Shown: piece by piece, positions 1 through 15,000 of the stretch
How positions within the stretch are numbered: position 1 is the first letter of the stretch
How the letters are laid out: every line of letters starts with the position of its first letter
Source: Antedon mediterranea
Taxonomy: Eukaryota; Animalia; Echinodermata
Length of the DNA: 64,000 bases
Assembly (NCBI RefSeq): GCF_964355755.1
Contig: NC_092670.1
Location: 14,432,795 to 14,496,794, forward strand
Direction: 5' to 3'
The notes under the pieces: generated by a model
Databases searched by the model: none
The model's input: only the letters and a program-made list of their open reading frames with translations
Told to the model about the DNA's origin: nothing
Translations under genes and position numbers: made by a program

Positions 1-56
1 CAACCAGTGCTGCTTTCTTTCTGTTTTGATTTTACAAATCTGTGTATATTTTACAG

Positions 57-3000
57 ATAATTTCGAGCCAGTAATCTCAGGCTGTCCTGATAACCCTGTG
101 ATATCTAACACTGACCCTGGCCAAGCAATTGGAACAGCCAACTGGACAGAACCCACAGCTTTTGACAATTCAGGTTATTTCTCCTGGGATATATCCCATC
201 AACCACTGTCAACATTCCCAATTGGTGAAACATGGGTATCCTACAATGCAACAGACAATAGTGGTAACGCTGCTTACTGCTGGTTCGTTGTTGTTGTTAT
301 TGGTAAGTAATTTTACCCTTTCAATAAAGTTTGTTAAGCTGGTGCCACCATATTTATGTTCGTCCATCTGTGTTTCCAAATGTCAAGGAATTGACCTGGC
401 TAACGTAAACCAGGTAAAAATATGAAATGGGGTGTGAAACACTTTAAAAATATCATATAAATAAAAACTTCAGCAAGTTATTGTTTTTCTAAAAAAATAT
501 GGTTGTCTCTAATTAACCAATCAAATATGTCCCATCTCCTGTTCAGCCAAGATCTAATGACTCATCCATTTCTAGCAAGTCTTCGTGTATTGTGGGTATC
601 AATCTTCATATGCAATCATCAAATGTTTGCAAACTTCAATTTTTTCCTACACTTTAAATTTTATTTTTAAACCAGAACTTCTAGAAAACCAGAAACTTTA
701 TAGATTAAACTATAGATTAAATAAAGAATAATAATTCTAAAAACCTGTTTTAAACAATAAAACAATATTGAGTATGTTTGAATAAATGAATATGCATTGT
801 TTTACAGACAAGGAACCACCTGAATACATTGGATGCCTATCTAGTCCAATAGTTGAACTTGTTCCTATGGGAACGGCAAATAGAACTGTATCATGGACAG
901 AACCAACTGCCATGGATAATGTTGGGGTCTTCAATGAAACATCCACTCACAGACCTGGTGATGTTTTTGAAATTGGAACAGTTACAGTGACTTACACAGT
1001 ATTTGACGTCTCTGGGCTAAGTAGTACTTGTATGTTTAATGTTACAGTGCAAGGTATTTATTTTTTTAGTTTTCTTGAGTAATAACAACTTATTACAAAA
1101 CACTTCAGGATACCACCATCCTCCTTTAATAAAAATAAAATAAAAGTAATTTTAGATTGTTTCAATGCAATCAGACAGGAAAAGGGATTAGTCATTGCTT
1201 TCCGTACTAAATTCACAATTTGTGCTCTATAATCTGAACAAAAATATTTTTATGGGATCAATCAATTAGCATAAAGGCAGAAGTTACTTTTTTTAATTCA
1301 CATTAAATCCTGAGATATATATAATAATGGACTATATGTAAAACAGGTGCATTATCTATACCTGATATACCTATACCTATAATAATAGATAAAATTATCC
1401 ATTGTTAACATGTGTTTTATGACATTTTGTATGAGACATTTTTTTTAATGTTCTAAATGAATTTGTTTTTTTTTGTGTATCTGTTTTGGTTACATAGGCG
1501 TTTAGGACCTGGTCTATCCTGCCTTTTCTCTTTGGTTTGTACATGGCAGAAATGTGAATGAATAAATTTGCTTAGCAGATTACCTAACGTTTTAAATTTA
1601 GTCTATGTCTGTCCTGTCTTCAAGTCCCACGGACCCACATTTTGCTTAAATGTGTGCTTCCTAAGAATTTCTAGCCATTTTCTTCTGTTTTCACTCACAA
1701 ACAAATATTGAACTTTACATTTAATCTACTTCATTTTAATTTCAACCTTATCTTTTTTGTGAACTGTCCCAATGTTGTTATTACAGATACTGAAAATCCT
1801 GTGTTTTTTAACTGCCCCATAAATCCAATTGAAGTAGACACAAATGAAGGCCTAGCATATGCCAACGTGTCATGGGATGATCCTGAACCTATGGACAATT
1901 CTGGCGTGTTTACTGTTACTCAAATGGACTACCCTGGTGATGGGTTTTATGTTGGTTTTCACAATGTGACGATAACAGCTGTAGATGAAGACGGTAACAT
2001 TGGTATCTGCTCTTTTACTATTATTGTTGAAGGTAATCTGTTAATTATGTTTTTTTTAATATTAAGACAACAGTGTTCGTTTAATTATTTCTTTATTGTA
2101 CTTTATTTATTTTGTTAAAACTCATAGCCATAAATTTACAATGCAAAACATAATAACAATAGTTAATTTAACATACAGTAACAGATAATTCCCAGACAAA
2201 GCAAAGTGTGTTATCATGTATCAAACTGTTAGTGGACTCTAAAGCTCTGTCTACACTAAACAAAAACAACAAAAGTGTAAGTGCCCAAATATGGTAGTGA
2301 TATGCTCAAATATGGTAGTGATATGACATCTTCATGTCTATATGGGCACATCACATTTGTTTGTTACATAAAGGTTAATAGTGTTGAAAGAGCTTAAGAA
2401 GAGATTGTAGATGTACATACAATTTAAAATTATATTTTACAGATAATTTCGAGCCAGTAATATCAGGCTGTCCTGATTCACTTATGTTTTACACTGACCC
2501 TGGGCAAGCCAGTGGAACAGCCAACTGGACCGAGCCCACAGCCTTTGACAATTCAGGTTATTTCTCTTGGGACATATCCCATCAACCACTGTCCACATTC
2601 CCAATTGGTGAAACATGGGTATCCTACAATGCAACAGACAATAGTGGTAACACTGCTTACTGCTGGTTTGTTGTTGTTATTATTGGTAAGTATAGGCACT
2701 AATTTTACCTTTTAGTGTATGGTATCATTTTGTGGTTGTATTACTGTTTTTAAAATGGATTAAACACTTCACTTAAAGACTTCATAAGCTGAAATGTAGC
2801 CACTACTGAAACGCATGTGCATAAGGAGTGTGTGTACCTGTTCTAAAAAGTAAAACAATTCTCATGTGCCAAATGCAATAAAAACAAACCTGTCGTGTCT
2901 GGATAAATTTCTTTTTACAATGATTCATTAACCGGTAATTGTATGCTGTAAAGTGATATAATATAACAGTTTAGTTCAGTTCATTTGTTGAAGACCTTAG

Positions 3001-6000
3001 ACCGTCAATCAAAAGCCACTTCAGTTAGGTCACCTCTCCATTTAATTACTGTATAATATCTATCCATATCATATATTCAATAAGTTTCTCTACCACGCCG
3101 TCCTTTTGCACATTGTTACCATCACCAAGTTTTAACTCCTTCTTTTTCAATGGATCAAATGTCCTCAATGTCTGTCTTTTTACTAATTCCAGCACACCGA
3201 CTCCCTCCGACCAATCCTTTTGTTGACCTGATTTTGACAGATTTCAACCCATGATAAATCAATTTTTTCAAATTATTCCCCTCTTGAGTACGACACAAGT
3301 TCCATAATTCCAGACCAACTCCTTTCTGACCTACTAATATTTTTTGTTCTTTACAATACAATTTAGACAATGAGGCTCCCAGAATTACATGTCCTTCTAA
3401 CATCACTATGGCTTCTGATCCTAATTCACCATCAGCAGTTGTAAATTGGATGGGACCAAATGTCATGGACAACAGTGAAGAGGTTATTGTTCCTGGTCAG
3501 TCCCATTTGACAGGAAGTACCTTTTCATTTGGTGAAACAATAGTTGTGTATACTGCAACTGATGCTTACAACAACACAGCAGTTTGCTCTTTTACAGTTT
3601 ATATTTATGGTAAGTTTTAAATAATTTGGGACTGTTTTAAACTTTTGGGGAGCAAAGTCACATCTAGTGCATTAAGTGCTCTTCACAGCTGTTGTTACAT
3701 AACCTATAAAACTGTTATACGTTATACCAAATCAAATTATTTTCTTAGACGATGAGCTTCCAGTGTTTACTAACTGTCCAACATCTGCTGTCACAAATGT
3801 TCTTCCAATTGGCCAAGCATCTATGATAGTCAACTGGACTGACATAACAGCAACTGATAACGATGGCTCAAACCCACTTGTGTCTTGTGAACCAGAGGAC
3901 GAATCAATATTTAATATTGGAACGTTTATGGTTACTTGTAATACAATGGACATGGCAGGCTTGACTGCAGTCTGTCAATTTGATATTACCGTTACAGGTT
4001 AGTACTGTAGGTGTTCAATGATACACATTTAGTAAATTTACTGTATGTATCAAATTCTAATTGTTTATCTTATTTTATTGTTAACATCAGGCCCGTAGCC
4101 AGGGGGGTTTTTGGGGGTTCGGGCGAACCCCCCCTTTTGCGCGAACCCCCCTTTTACCAGCGAACCCCCCTTGAAAAACAAAGGCCCCACTTCCAAAATC
4201 GTGCAATTAATTATCAATTATAGCAGATTTTTTGGTCATTTTACTTCTATTGACTATGTTTAAATCGATCGAATATACAGATTGTCCGATGTCAAAGTCA
4301 CTGCTGAGCGTGAGATCGAGAGATTGTTGAGAGATGATGGTTATAAATATGACAGAAAAATGGACTGACCAATCGCGTGCTTCGGCCGGGCTTTTCGGAA
4401 CGCACAAGATCACGTTCAGTTCAGTTCAATCTTTTTGGGGATTTTTGTTTTTTTCCTGAAAATATTTTTCATTAAACCAAAGAATTTCACTGTTTAAACT
4501 TGAATAAAAATGGTGCTGAGTTAAATTGGTACGTGTACGTAGGCCTACCGTATATTTCGGTGTATAAGACGCACTTTTGACACGCAAATTTGACCTCTAA
4601 ATGTAACCCTAATTAATTTAATTACCTACTAATACTTAAATTAATTAAAAATAGTGTAGGCCTACTACTCTGCAATGTAGGCCTAGCTAGTTACTCACTC
4701 CTGTCTAACTACAGTGTGGTAACAAGTTTATTGAATTTTTAGTTAAGGTAAATTGTCATCCTCGACTGTATTAATTAATATTACAGTACGCATTAGATAT
4801 TCTACCCAGGCCTAGTAATACTCTCTGAACTCGCGGGTGTGTATTCTAGCAGCATGCAGCATCATCACAGCGCAACACATTTATGGAAGAGTCCATTAAT
4901 TACGGTGGTGTCACATTTTATTTACACAATAACTATTTCCCTTGATCACGGTGGTTTATTTTTATTACATCTCTATGTCAACAATCACATAATTTTATAA
5001 TCATGTAGTCAATAGTTCGTATGTCAAGCGATATCTAAAAGAGTGTGTTGTTATTGTGTTACGTAGCTTCCCCTAATCTTATAGTGTATATGGCCAACAG
5101 TGCTGGCCACCAGGCAAGGAGCACATGGTTAGTGCTCTCTCCTCATATTGCTGTAATGCATGCATGGGAATAGGAAAGATTTTCATATAGGCCTACCCAA
5201 CATGATATTCCTGGTTCATTATCAGCCCAAAAAACTGAACATCATTTGGATTGATTTTATAATGGTCATACACACAATAAGAAGGTATATATTTAAATAA
5301 TATGAAATTAAAGTTACTTAAATAGACATAGGCTAGCCCTACCCACACAGTGCATCGTAACTGAAACAATATGGGGATTTCCCTTTTCATTGAACGTTCA
5401 GTTGAAGTAGAGACTGATTAAGATGTAATAAAGGCAATCAAACAAAATTATATCATTTGATTCTAATATGTCTCAAATATCGTTGTTTTATTATTAAAAT
5501 ACCATTGTTTTGATTGTAAAATGTTTAAATTTCGGCCTAGAAATAAGTGCGTCTTATGCATCGACTACATAAAAAATACTAATATTTCAGTCTCCGTTAT
5601 GGGTGCGTCTTATACACAGGTGCGACTTGTACACCGAAATATACGGTACTATTTGTTTTTTATGTTTATAGGATAAGAAATTACTTAAGGGCCTAATATA
5701 ATATACTTTTTTGCAACAATAAAGCTGTTATTCATGATCAGTACTACTAACTTCCATACTATACTTTATAATTTCTCTGCATAACCCAGATTTTAGTAGG
5801 TAAAAAATGTCTCTGTAAGCTTATTAAAACAACCGAAATTGCTCTGAGAGCCAAAGCTTCCAGGGGGCTTCGCCCCCTGGACCCCGACCGGGGGCCCTTG
5901 GCGGCCCCCTGGCCCCCAGCCTACAGTTGCTCGCTGCGCTCGCAAAATACTTGGTGTCAAGAAAACACCCCTCTGATGCATTCTGGCTACGGGCCTGTTA

Positions 6001-9000
6001 ACATACAGTATCAAAGATATATCCAATTAAAAACAAACAAGTGTTAGAACTTAAATATAATACTAATTTGCTTATTTGTTTAGATATCAGAAAATTTATA
6101 GTGTATCAACAAAATGTCTTTGTTTTTACACTATACATCCTTCCTCTATTGCTACAGTGAACTATATTTGAAACTGTTATTGACACGAATAGGCTACATC
6201 TAATGAACATTTAACTGTTTTGTAGCATTATCTTACTAAATTTAAAGTACACATTTTGCACCAATATATATGTTCTGTTTTACAACATTTATAATTAAAA
6301 TAAAAATATTAAATTGGTAACTACTGATTGTGTGTTTTTTCATGCTGTGAATATTTATTTTTATATAACACCTATATAAATTCCTGTCATTTGATTGGAC
6401 GAATGTGGGTCACATGGCGTGCAATAGTACGCACTATTCAACAATCGTTAAATAGTACTTTTTGAAACATTTTTGTGTACGAAAAAAAAACGTCTAGATG
6501 TTATATAAAACAAATAATGAATGTTTTGTATTCGTGTAATGGTACAAATAATGGCACTTGTTGAATGATGAAAGGTTATATCAACTCGGCTTTGCCTCGT
6601 TGATATAACCTTTCATCATTCACCTCGTGCCATTATTTGTACCATTGCACTCATAAACATTCATTATTTGTATAATATTGTTATTAAATAGATGAGGAGA
6701 ATCCAGTAGTTACACAATGCCCTGGAATGCAAATGGGGAACACCAGTCCTGGACAACCAAATGGAAGTGTGTCATGGACAGTAACGGCTTCAGACAATTC
6801 TGGCAACTATACAATTGAAGAAACCATAACGAGTGGAGCTTTGCTTCCAATTGGAAACCACATCAATTCGGTTACTGTGACTGATCCTAGTGGCAACCAA
6901 GATAGATCTTGTTTAATTCTGATTGTTATTGAAGGTAATATTTAATGGATAAACTTCATCTACATTGATAGTGTATTATATTTGTTTTCCGACTAAAGAA
7001 AAGCAAAACAAGTAATAAAATAAACCTCTTTATTTTATAAAAGCGGTGGGATAATAGGAATGTTGGTGTTTTCTGATAACTTGCTTTCGATTTATATAAT
7101 ATATATTTGTTCATATTCTTTATGAATCTGCATCCATTTGCATAAGTGAGACATTAAAAAACTAAACATTAGAGCATCTTTATATATGTGATGCAATATG
7201 ACTTGGGATTTAAGGTCAATGGAAAAAAAATGTGATTACGATCGTGACTTTATTAAATCATGTGCATGATGTTTGATTGCGCAATAAGCTTATTAGAGCA
7301 ATTTCTGGAAATACGGAAGATAATCTTAAAATTAAATGTAGACTGATTATATGGATTTCAAAATAATACTAAAGAAAAGAGAAATAAATATTTGTTAGGT
7401 TATATATATAATATATTACAATGCATATAACCTAATAAAATGAATATGAATTAAATGAGGGCCTGAAATTAAAACAAATATTAACATTACTATTTGTATT
7501 AACCAAAATAGACAATGAAGACCCTTCTATCTATTGCCCTGCAAACCAAACGTTGGAAACAAATGTTGACCTACCAACAGCATTGGTGACATGGGAGAAT
7601 GCAACTGCTTGGGATAACTCACTAAATGTCATGATAACATCAGATCCAGCATTATCATCACCTTATAACTTTACAATTGGAAGGAGTGTTGTTGTGTACA
7701 CTGCAACGGATGGTTTTGAAAACTCAGCCTCATGTGAATTTATTGTTTGGGTTCAAGGTAAGTTGTGTAATCTTACCCTCAACTATCCTTTCTTTCTACA
7801 TTGTTTTAGAATAGTTTCCCGTATTCAAAGTAATAAATTCTTATCCCATTTCTGAAGTGCTAAACTGATATACTAAAAAAGAAATCGGCATTAATTAATT
7901 TTGAAAGACAAAGATAAGAAAATCTTTGATAATAAGAAAAAGCCGCCCCAACCGAGATTTGAACTCGTTCAACTTGATATGTAGATGTCCTAACCATAAT
8001 ACCTGACATTGTTTAGAAATAATGCATACTACAACCAATTAGCCTAAATAGATAATGTAAAATTTAAGGGAGGTCAAATAATAATTAAATGAATTAATTT
8101 TGCAGATACCCAGCCACCAGACATATTGTCCTGTCCAAACAATACAGAACTTGTAACCATGTTTGGAAATTCGACTGTAAGATATTTCTGGGATACTCCT
8201 GTTGCTATTGATAATTCTGGCAATGAAGTTACATTCACTTCTGACATACCGAATGGCAGTGATTTTGAGAGCGGTAACACAACAGTTACGATTACAGCTG
8301 ATGACGGGAACAACAATGTAGCTTACTGTAATTTCACTGTTACAGTTATAGGTATGAACAGAAAAACATGTAAAAATGGCTTCGAAAACAAAAGTAACCT
8401 TTCTACAACTGTGAATAGTAAGAATTAATGTGAGTGTTTATTTCAATGAATTATGGTTTTTCCTTGTCATTTGTTAATATAATTTCTTAATTCATTCATA
8501 ACTTTCACAGATGGTGTCCAGCAGACTGCCTGTTCAATTACTGATACTGGTAAGTCACTCAGAAAAAATATACATCATATCTTATCACAATTTTATAAAA
8601 AAACATTAAAGATGAAACAATATTTGGCCACCTTAAAAAAATATTTATTTTGATTAAAAGTTACAAATTTAAAGCTAAAATATGGCTGCAGTAACTTGAC
8701 AATAAACATAATGGCAGGATATGTACTGATAAAGTATTCAACATGTATAAATACAATTTGGATCAGAATCCTTATAAATAGGTTAATAAATTATTTTTTT
8801 CATGAGCTATACAGAAGCATTAATTAATAGATATGATCTTTTATCCTTGCAAGTCTATTTAAGAATTAAATAAATGGTTTATGTATTGTTTAGGTAAACG
8901 TTTTAGTGGTCAAATGACAAATGAGGGTGAATATACGGAAAAACTCAATGATCCTACATCAGAAGAATACAAGAATTATGCCGAGCTATGTCGTAATGCG

Positions 9001-12000
9001 GTAAGAGAATTAATATAATATTGGTTTTTTGTTTGTTTTATTATGCGTTATTAGTAACTTTGCGTCAGAGTAGGAAAACACCTGAACAACTCCCAAGCTC
9101 TTTTAACGCAAATCTACTCCACATGTTAGGTAAACAATCTTCATGTTGGTCGTTCAGTACTCACTGCTTTCTTGGACTCAAATCTGCCACCTGTGCAAGA
9201 TCAGTGTGATCTGGAGGTCGTTTTTTTTAGTACTAAAACATTACTTGTGAATCATTTTCCCCAAGTTTTCTCAATATGTACTTATATATAAATATAAATG
9301 TAGTATTAGCGTCACAATACATGTAGTACTTTAACAGATTTGTTGTATTTTTCTTCTTTTTTTTTTCCTTTTTTTGTAATAAAATAATTTCCTTGCTGTT
9401 TACGTTCCTGTATTTCTAGACTCGTCAAGGACTTTCTAATCTGACAGATGTGTGCGATACTTTGTGTACAGAGTTCCGAAATGGAAGTATTATAGCAGAA
9501 TTTGTTGTGACTGTCAATGAAATGTCAAATATAACTCAAGATATGATACAAACAGAGTTAACCAATTACATTCAGGAGAATAATGGCATGCTAGGGGAAT
9601 TGGTTGTGAGCGAAATAATGATCACTGAAGGTATGCTTATTGTTGTCTTGTAGTAGAATTTAACTTGTTTGTTACTCTTTAAAGTTTGCACCTACTCTCA
9701 TGTAACATGACATGTTGTGAGACAATCAAAAGAAGACCATAGACTGTATGCAAAAAGGAGTTCCAATCTTCCTAACAACTAATCTATACCTTAATTTTAA
9801 CAAAAATTTACATAAGCTGAACACGTAATTTAAATGTCTAAGCATGAACCAGTTTCTGCTGCTTATTATTGCAGACTAGCTCCAAACAGTACCATTTACA
9901 TGTTTGTGCTTCAAAACAAACCCAATTAAATGAGTGCAGTTGTTGACTATAAAAACATTAATACCAAGATTGTATATGCTCAAGGCTCAAGTTACACCAT
10001 CTTAATTTTAACATGCAATCGATTTCAGTGTTTTTAACCATTGTTTGAAAATGCAAATTCAAAATGTTTACAGAAATAAGTCTTTTTATTACAATCTATC
10101 CAAAGTAAGTTAAGATGTTCATTTTCATTAGGTTGTTTTCATTGTGATTGTAGAACTGGTCACTAGTTTCAATATTAAACTCTTCATTTCCAATTTAGAA
10201 ATATGTGCTGATGACTACTGCAAGAACGGAGGTGTGTGCTCATTAACTGATGATTTTAAGAGTTTATGCACGTAAGTTCAAAAGTCATTCTATTCTTCTG
10301 GTCTATAAAATTGTAGATTAAGAACTCCTCACTGTGATAGCACTTGTCGTCTGCACATACCTGTTTCTTACTTTACGTGAGAAAAACCATCACCAGAAAA
10401 TGTATTGTGTTTTTATAGCCTAATTCTTTCACTATCTGAACTAATAGACTTTTTTCCAATAGTACAATCAAGGTCTCCTGTGTTTGCATGCTTATTTTGG
10501 ATACTTTAAGAATGAACCTCTCAGTCAAATATGATTTGCAGTTGATTAAGCACACCATTCAACTAGATGTTTGTTAAAAAAGAATCATAACCATGCTATT
10601 AGGAATAATGTACATTTGAACTTTATATTATCCAAAAATTTTTGATTGTTTTATTTCAGTTGTGCAGAGACATATACTGGAACCACTTGCGAAGAATTAA
10701 TTGGTATGTTTGAACAAGCTGAATTTGGATTTAAAATTAGTATTAGGATAGGAAGGTTTTTGAGATTCAATATGGTATTCAAAGTTATCTAAATAAGGAG
10801 TGAATCAACTGTGTAACATATATAGTACAGATATGTACCATGAATGAATTATTTAATCAATCCCTTGGTTATACGTAGAATTGTGGATCTTATCGGAGAT
10901 CGAGGACAAAAGAAGATAGCATGGCACAGATAGAAATCAGTTTAATATTAGTTATTATAGTAGGTAATCCTATTTCGTTCCAATGGGATAGGGGATCACT
11001 GTTATGATTTCTGTAACAAATTCATTGAACTGGTAATACTGTATGTGTTACCAGTTTTATTGCAATTAAGGATTAATTTAAACTGGTTTTTAAACAATTC
11101 TTTGATTAGCGATTAGACAAAGCTAAATTTACTTGTATTTTATTCCTAAATCATTACAGATTATGTACCAGTTTTTTCGGAATGTCCAGAGATCATTGCG
11201 TACAATGTGCTGTCGGATTCAGCAACAGTACTTGTTCGTTGGACCGTTGCAGCCACTGATAATTCTGGTATAGTACTGAGTCTAACATCATCTCCCTACA
11301 CGTCCGGCCAGTTTCGACTTAGTTCTGGAAATTATACGAATGTGGTAACAGCAGAAGATGAAAATGAAAATCGAGCAATGTGTACCTTTCAAATAACTGT
11401 ACAGACTGCACAGAGTAAGTTTTTTAATTCATATTTAAGTTTAGTTCAAATATTAAAAACAAATGTTTTCTTTATAGATTTTAAAAAACTTTTTTATCAT
11501 AAATTATGCATTGATCAACCTTGGTCAGAGTATCATTCCAAACATACCTGCTGTGTTTTGGGGCCAATTATCAATAACATTCGTCTTGTTGAGAATTGTG
11601 GGATAGCTTCCATTCGATCAAGCCTAAACTAAAATTTTCTTTCATTGCAACTAAAAAATGTTCGCTATTTCAAAATATTCTGGAAATATCAATTACAAAC
11701 TAATTATTAATCAAAGTTTCGTTTCCATTTGTCTAAAAATTTAAGACCTCTTATAAAACAAAGTCAATTCATTTATTTTATTAATTAAAATAAATATCAA
11801 TACCCATTTTTAATTATTAGCTACATACCCAATTGCTGCAATAATGGTATTGAGTTCAAAGAGCAACACCTTCCTTCAAGACGTAAGTATTGGACGTTTC
11901 TTCGTCTATAATTACAATATATATATTACCTAGTCCCAAACACTAATAAAATAAAGTTATTTTTATATTTTATATATGTGAAAATATGGGAACTTCTCCT

Positions 12001-15000
12001 CCTCACTCTCCTTTTTTTTAAAGTGAGAAACGTGCAAGAGAAACCCTACATTCTCATATTTTTGTATCACCCCATAAAATTATTTAATGTGTTATACATC
12101 TTCAATTTAAAATAGTGAAAACTAATTTCACATCAATGGCAATAACTGTTTGCTATGAAATAACTCTCATATGTAGAATGTTTTTCTCAAAGATATCAGA
12201 AATAGTTAAAATAAATACCTAAATCAAAATTTTGTTCTAAAGCTTGACGATTTGTATCGTTTGACGTCACTTGCCAATGAATTCGTTGGAGTTACTTCTT
12301 CAGATGCTACTGCAGACCAAATGTCACTGACCTTTTATTTCACATCAAGCACCGTTACGGAAGACATGGTCTTGTCTGCTTTCATGGCGGTTGCTCCATC
12401 CAATGTCTTTGGTGGCAATACTGTCACATTGTTTATTACTGGTAAGTTTGGAAGACTATACACTTTAATAGTGAATGTATGTAGGACTGAAAACTTAATA
12501 TCTCATCCAAAAAATAAAACAAGGCAATCAAGCAATAATACTACGCCCTTTTTATCATATCCTAAAGCACCTAATAAAGATTTATTTACTAGTATACATT
12601 TTAATAAAGTGTTAGTATCTAAATTCTGAATTTTCAAAATGTGATATTTCCATTTATTTATAGGTGATGGGCCGTGTGTGGATAGCTCTTGTTCCGGAAA
12701 TGGTGTCTGCATGATTATTAGTAGTACGGAATTTGCATGCACATGTAATACAGGCTGGGAGGCAGACATCTGTAGTACAGGTAAGTTGAATTGGACTAAA
12801 ACAAAAGATAAAAAAATAACAATTTGTTTTAGAACAGGTGGTAATCAATTCACAATATATACACATTATGTTTTATATAACTGAGTTTTAAAACAAGCCT
12901 TTGAATTCACGCTGAACTAAACGAACCATAACAACTGAGATAAAAGGTAAAGTAAAGTTAAGGTATATGAAATGTAAAACAATTTTTAATAACTGTATTG
13001 TTTTAATTTGCTCTTTTAAGACATTAATGAGTGCACTGACAGTGGAGTTTGTCCCATCGCTGGAGAGACTTGTCAAAACAGTCTTGGTTCGTATAGATGT
13101 CTCTGTGCACCTGGTCAATGGAGAATTGATGACCTCTGTACTGGTATGTTTACAGTCATTATCATTTGTACCATTACACTCATGAAAATTCATTATTTGT
13201 ATATTATTGCACTTAGATAATTTCTTCAGACAAGAATAAACTTAATAATATTCGTTTATTATTAAGTTAAGAAGTGCCAGTAAAGATTTTGTTGAAAAAA
13301 TGTAAACCCCAAAGGAAAAGATACAAATCCATGAAGACCAGGAGTGGTATTCTGTAAAAATATATTAAATAATGTTCACGGCGAAATCAAAGACTGTATT
13401 TGTCTACAATATTATTACGTAACTTTCACATTACATGTGATCCTACAAAGGCACTTATTAGGTTAGGTTGTCATAAGAAGTGCCAGTAAAGATTTTGTTG
13501 AAAAAATGTAAACCCCAAAGGAAAAGATACAAATCCATGATTTCTCTACTTATTCTAGTAGTTTTATTTGTTACTATTATAAACATTTAAGTACAGAAGC
13601 ATAGTTTAACTTAATCTGATTTCCAAGTAAGCATTTTAGTACTACTGTAGTATGAAATAATTATTTTTTGTTGCAGATGTTGTGGAATTTATTAGTAATT
13701 TTGTTATTACTGTAATCGATGGTGCAGAGTCAAACTTTACAGCTGAACTAAACGACGAAACTTCAGAAGATTATCAAGAACTGCAAGATTTACTATTACC
13801 ATTGGTATATTGCAAATTATCTATATTGTAGATAAACTTCCGAAGCCATTGTTATTCTTATTTGAAGCTATCCAGATTATGTAAATTAAAGGCACTTAAA
13901 TAATGCACTGATGAAGGGCTAGTGTTGCCCAAGAGCTCTGCTGTTTTATTTTATTTTGTATCTCCATTGGGATCCAGACATTAACCCACAGCAATAATTT
14001 GCATAATTTGCCTTTTGATTTATATAAATATATTACTTTAAAAACATTAAACCATATCATTCCTTATGTTAAAATGTGGTTAATTAAAAATAGACACTAC
14101 ATAAGTAGCTCTCATCGTATACCTGTATCCTCTCGAAAAAAGGTAGGGAAAGTGTCTTTAAACAGTCAAATGAGAGCAACGTGATTTCTCCACCATTTCG
14201 CTTTTTATTTAATTTCATGTAATTTAGTGGCTAGAGGGAACCCTCGGTAAACTTACCATATTTTTTCCATTTACCAACACGACACATTATCATTTTAGTT
14301 TTAATTTAATTAATAGCATATAACTTTGTACATTTTCAGCTAGTGGATGCATTTGATAACTTACCTAACTACCTTGGTGTGAGGATTATAGACTTTGCTG
14401 ATGGTAGTGTCAAAGTATACTTTGTAGTTGTGTTTGAGACTGTCACTTCTACCACTGCAGCTGATGTCTCTAATGCTTTGAGTCTTGCAACTGCAGGTGG
14501 CAATCTGGGTGATTCTACAATTAGTGTTGATGATGTTGCGGCAGCTTATGCAGGTAAGCCTTACACAAGGAATTCTGGGGGAAAACCCTGTGCTTTAAAA
14601 GAAGACCAGGAGTGGTATTCTGTAAAAATATATTAAATAATGTTCACGGCGAAATCAAAGACTGTATTTGTCTACAATATACGTAACTTTCACATTACAT
14701 GTGATCCTACAAAGGCACTTATTAGGTTAGGTTGTCATACTTCACCTCAGCATTCCATGTGTAAAAATGATTTGAATTATAATTAGACCTAACATTTCAT
14801 ATATTCACTAGTTTGTGTAGATTATTGCCAAAATGGAGGAATTTGCTCTACTAACTCGTTCTACATTGAATCCTGCACAAACTGTAATGCAGGCTGGGAC
14901 GGAAATGATTGTAGTACAGGTATGTTGAATGTTGCTTATGGTGCTCTGTATAAACAATTATTTATGAGCCATTTGAGAGTTAATTTGAATGTTGCCTTTA

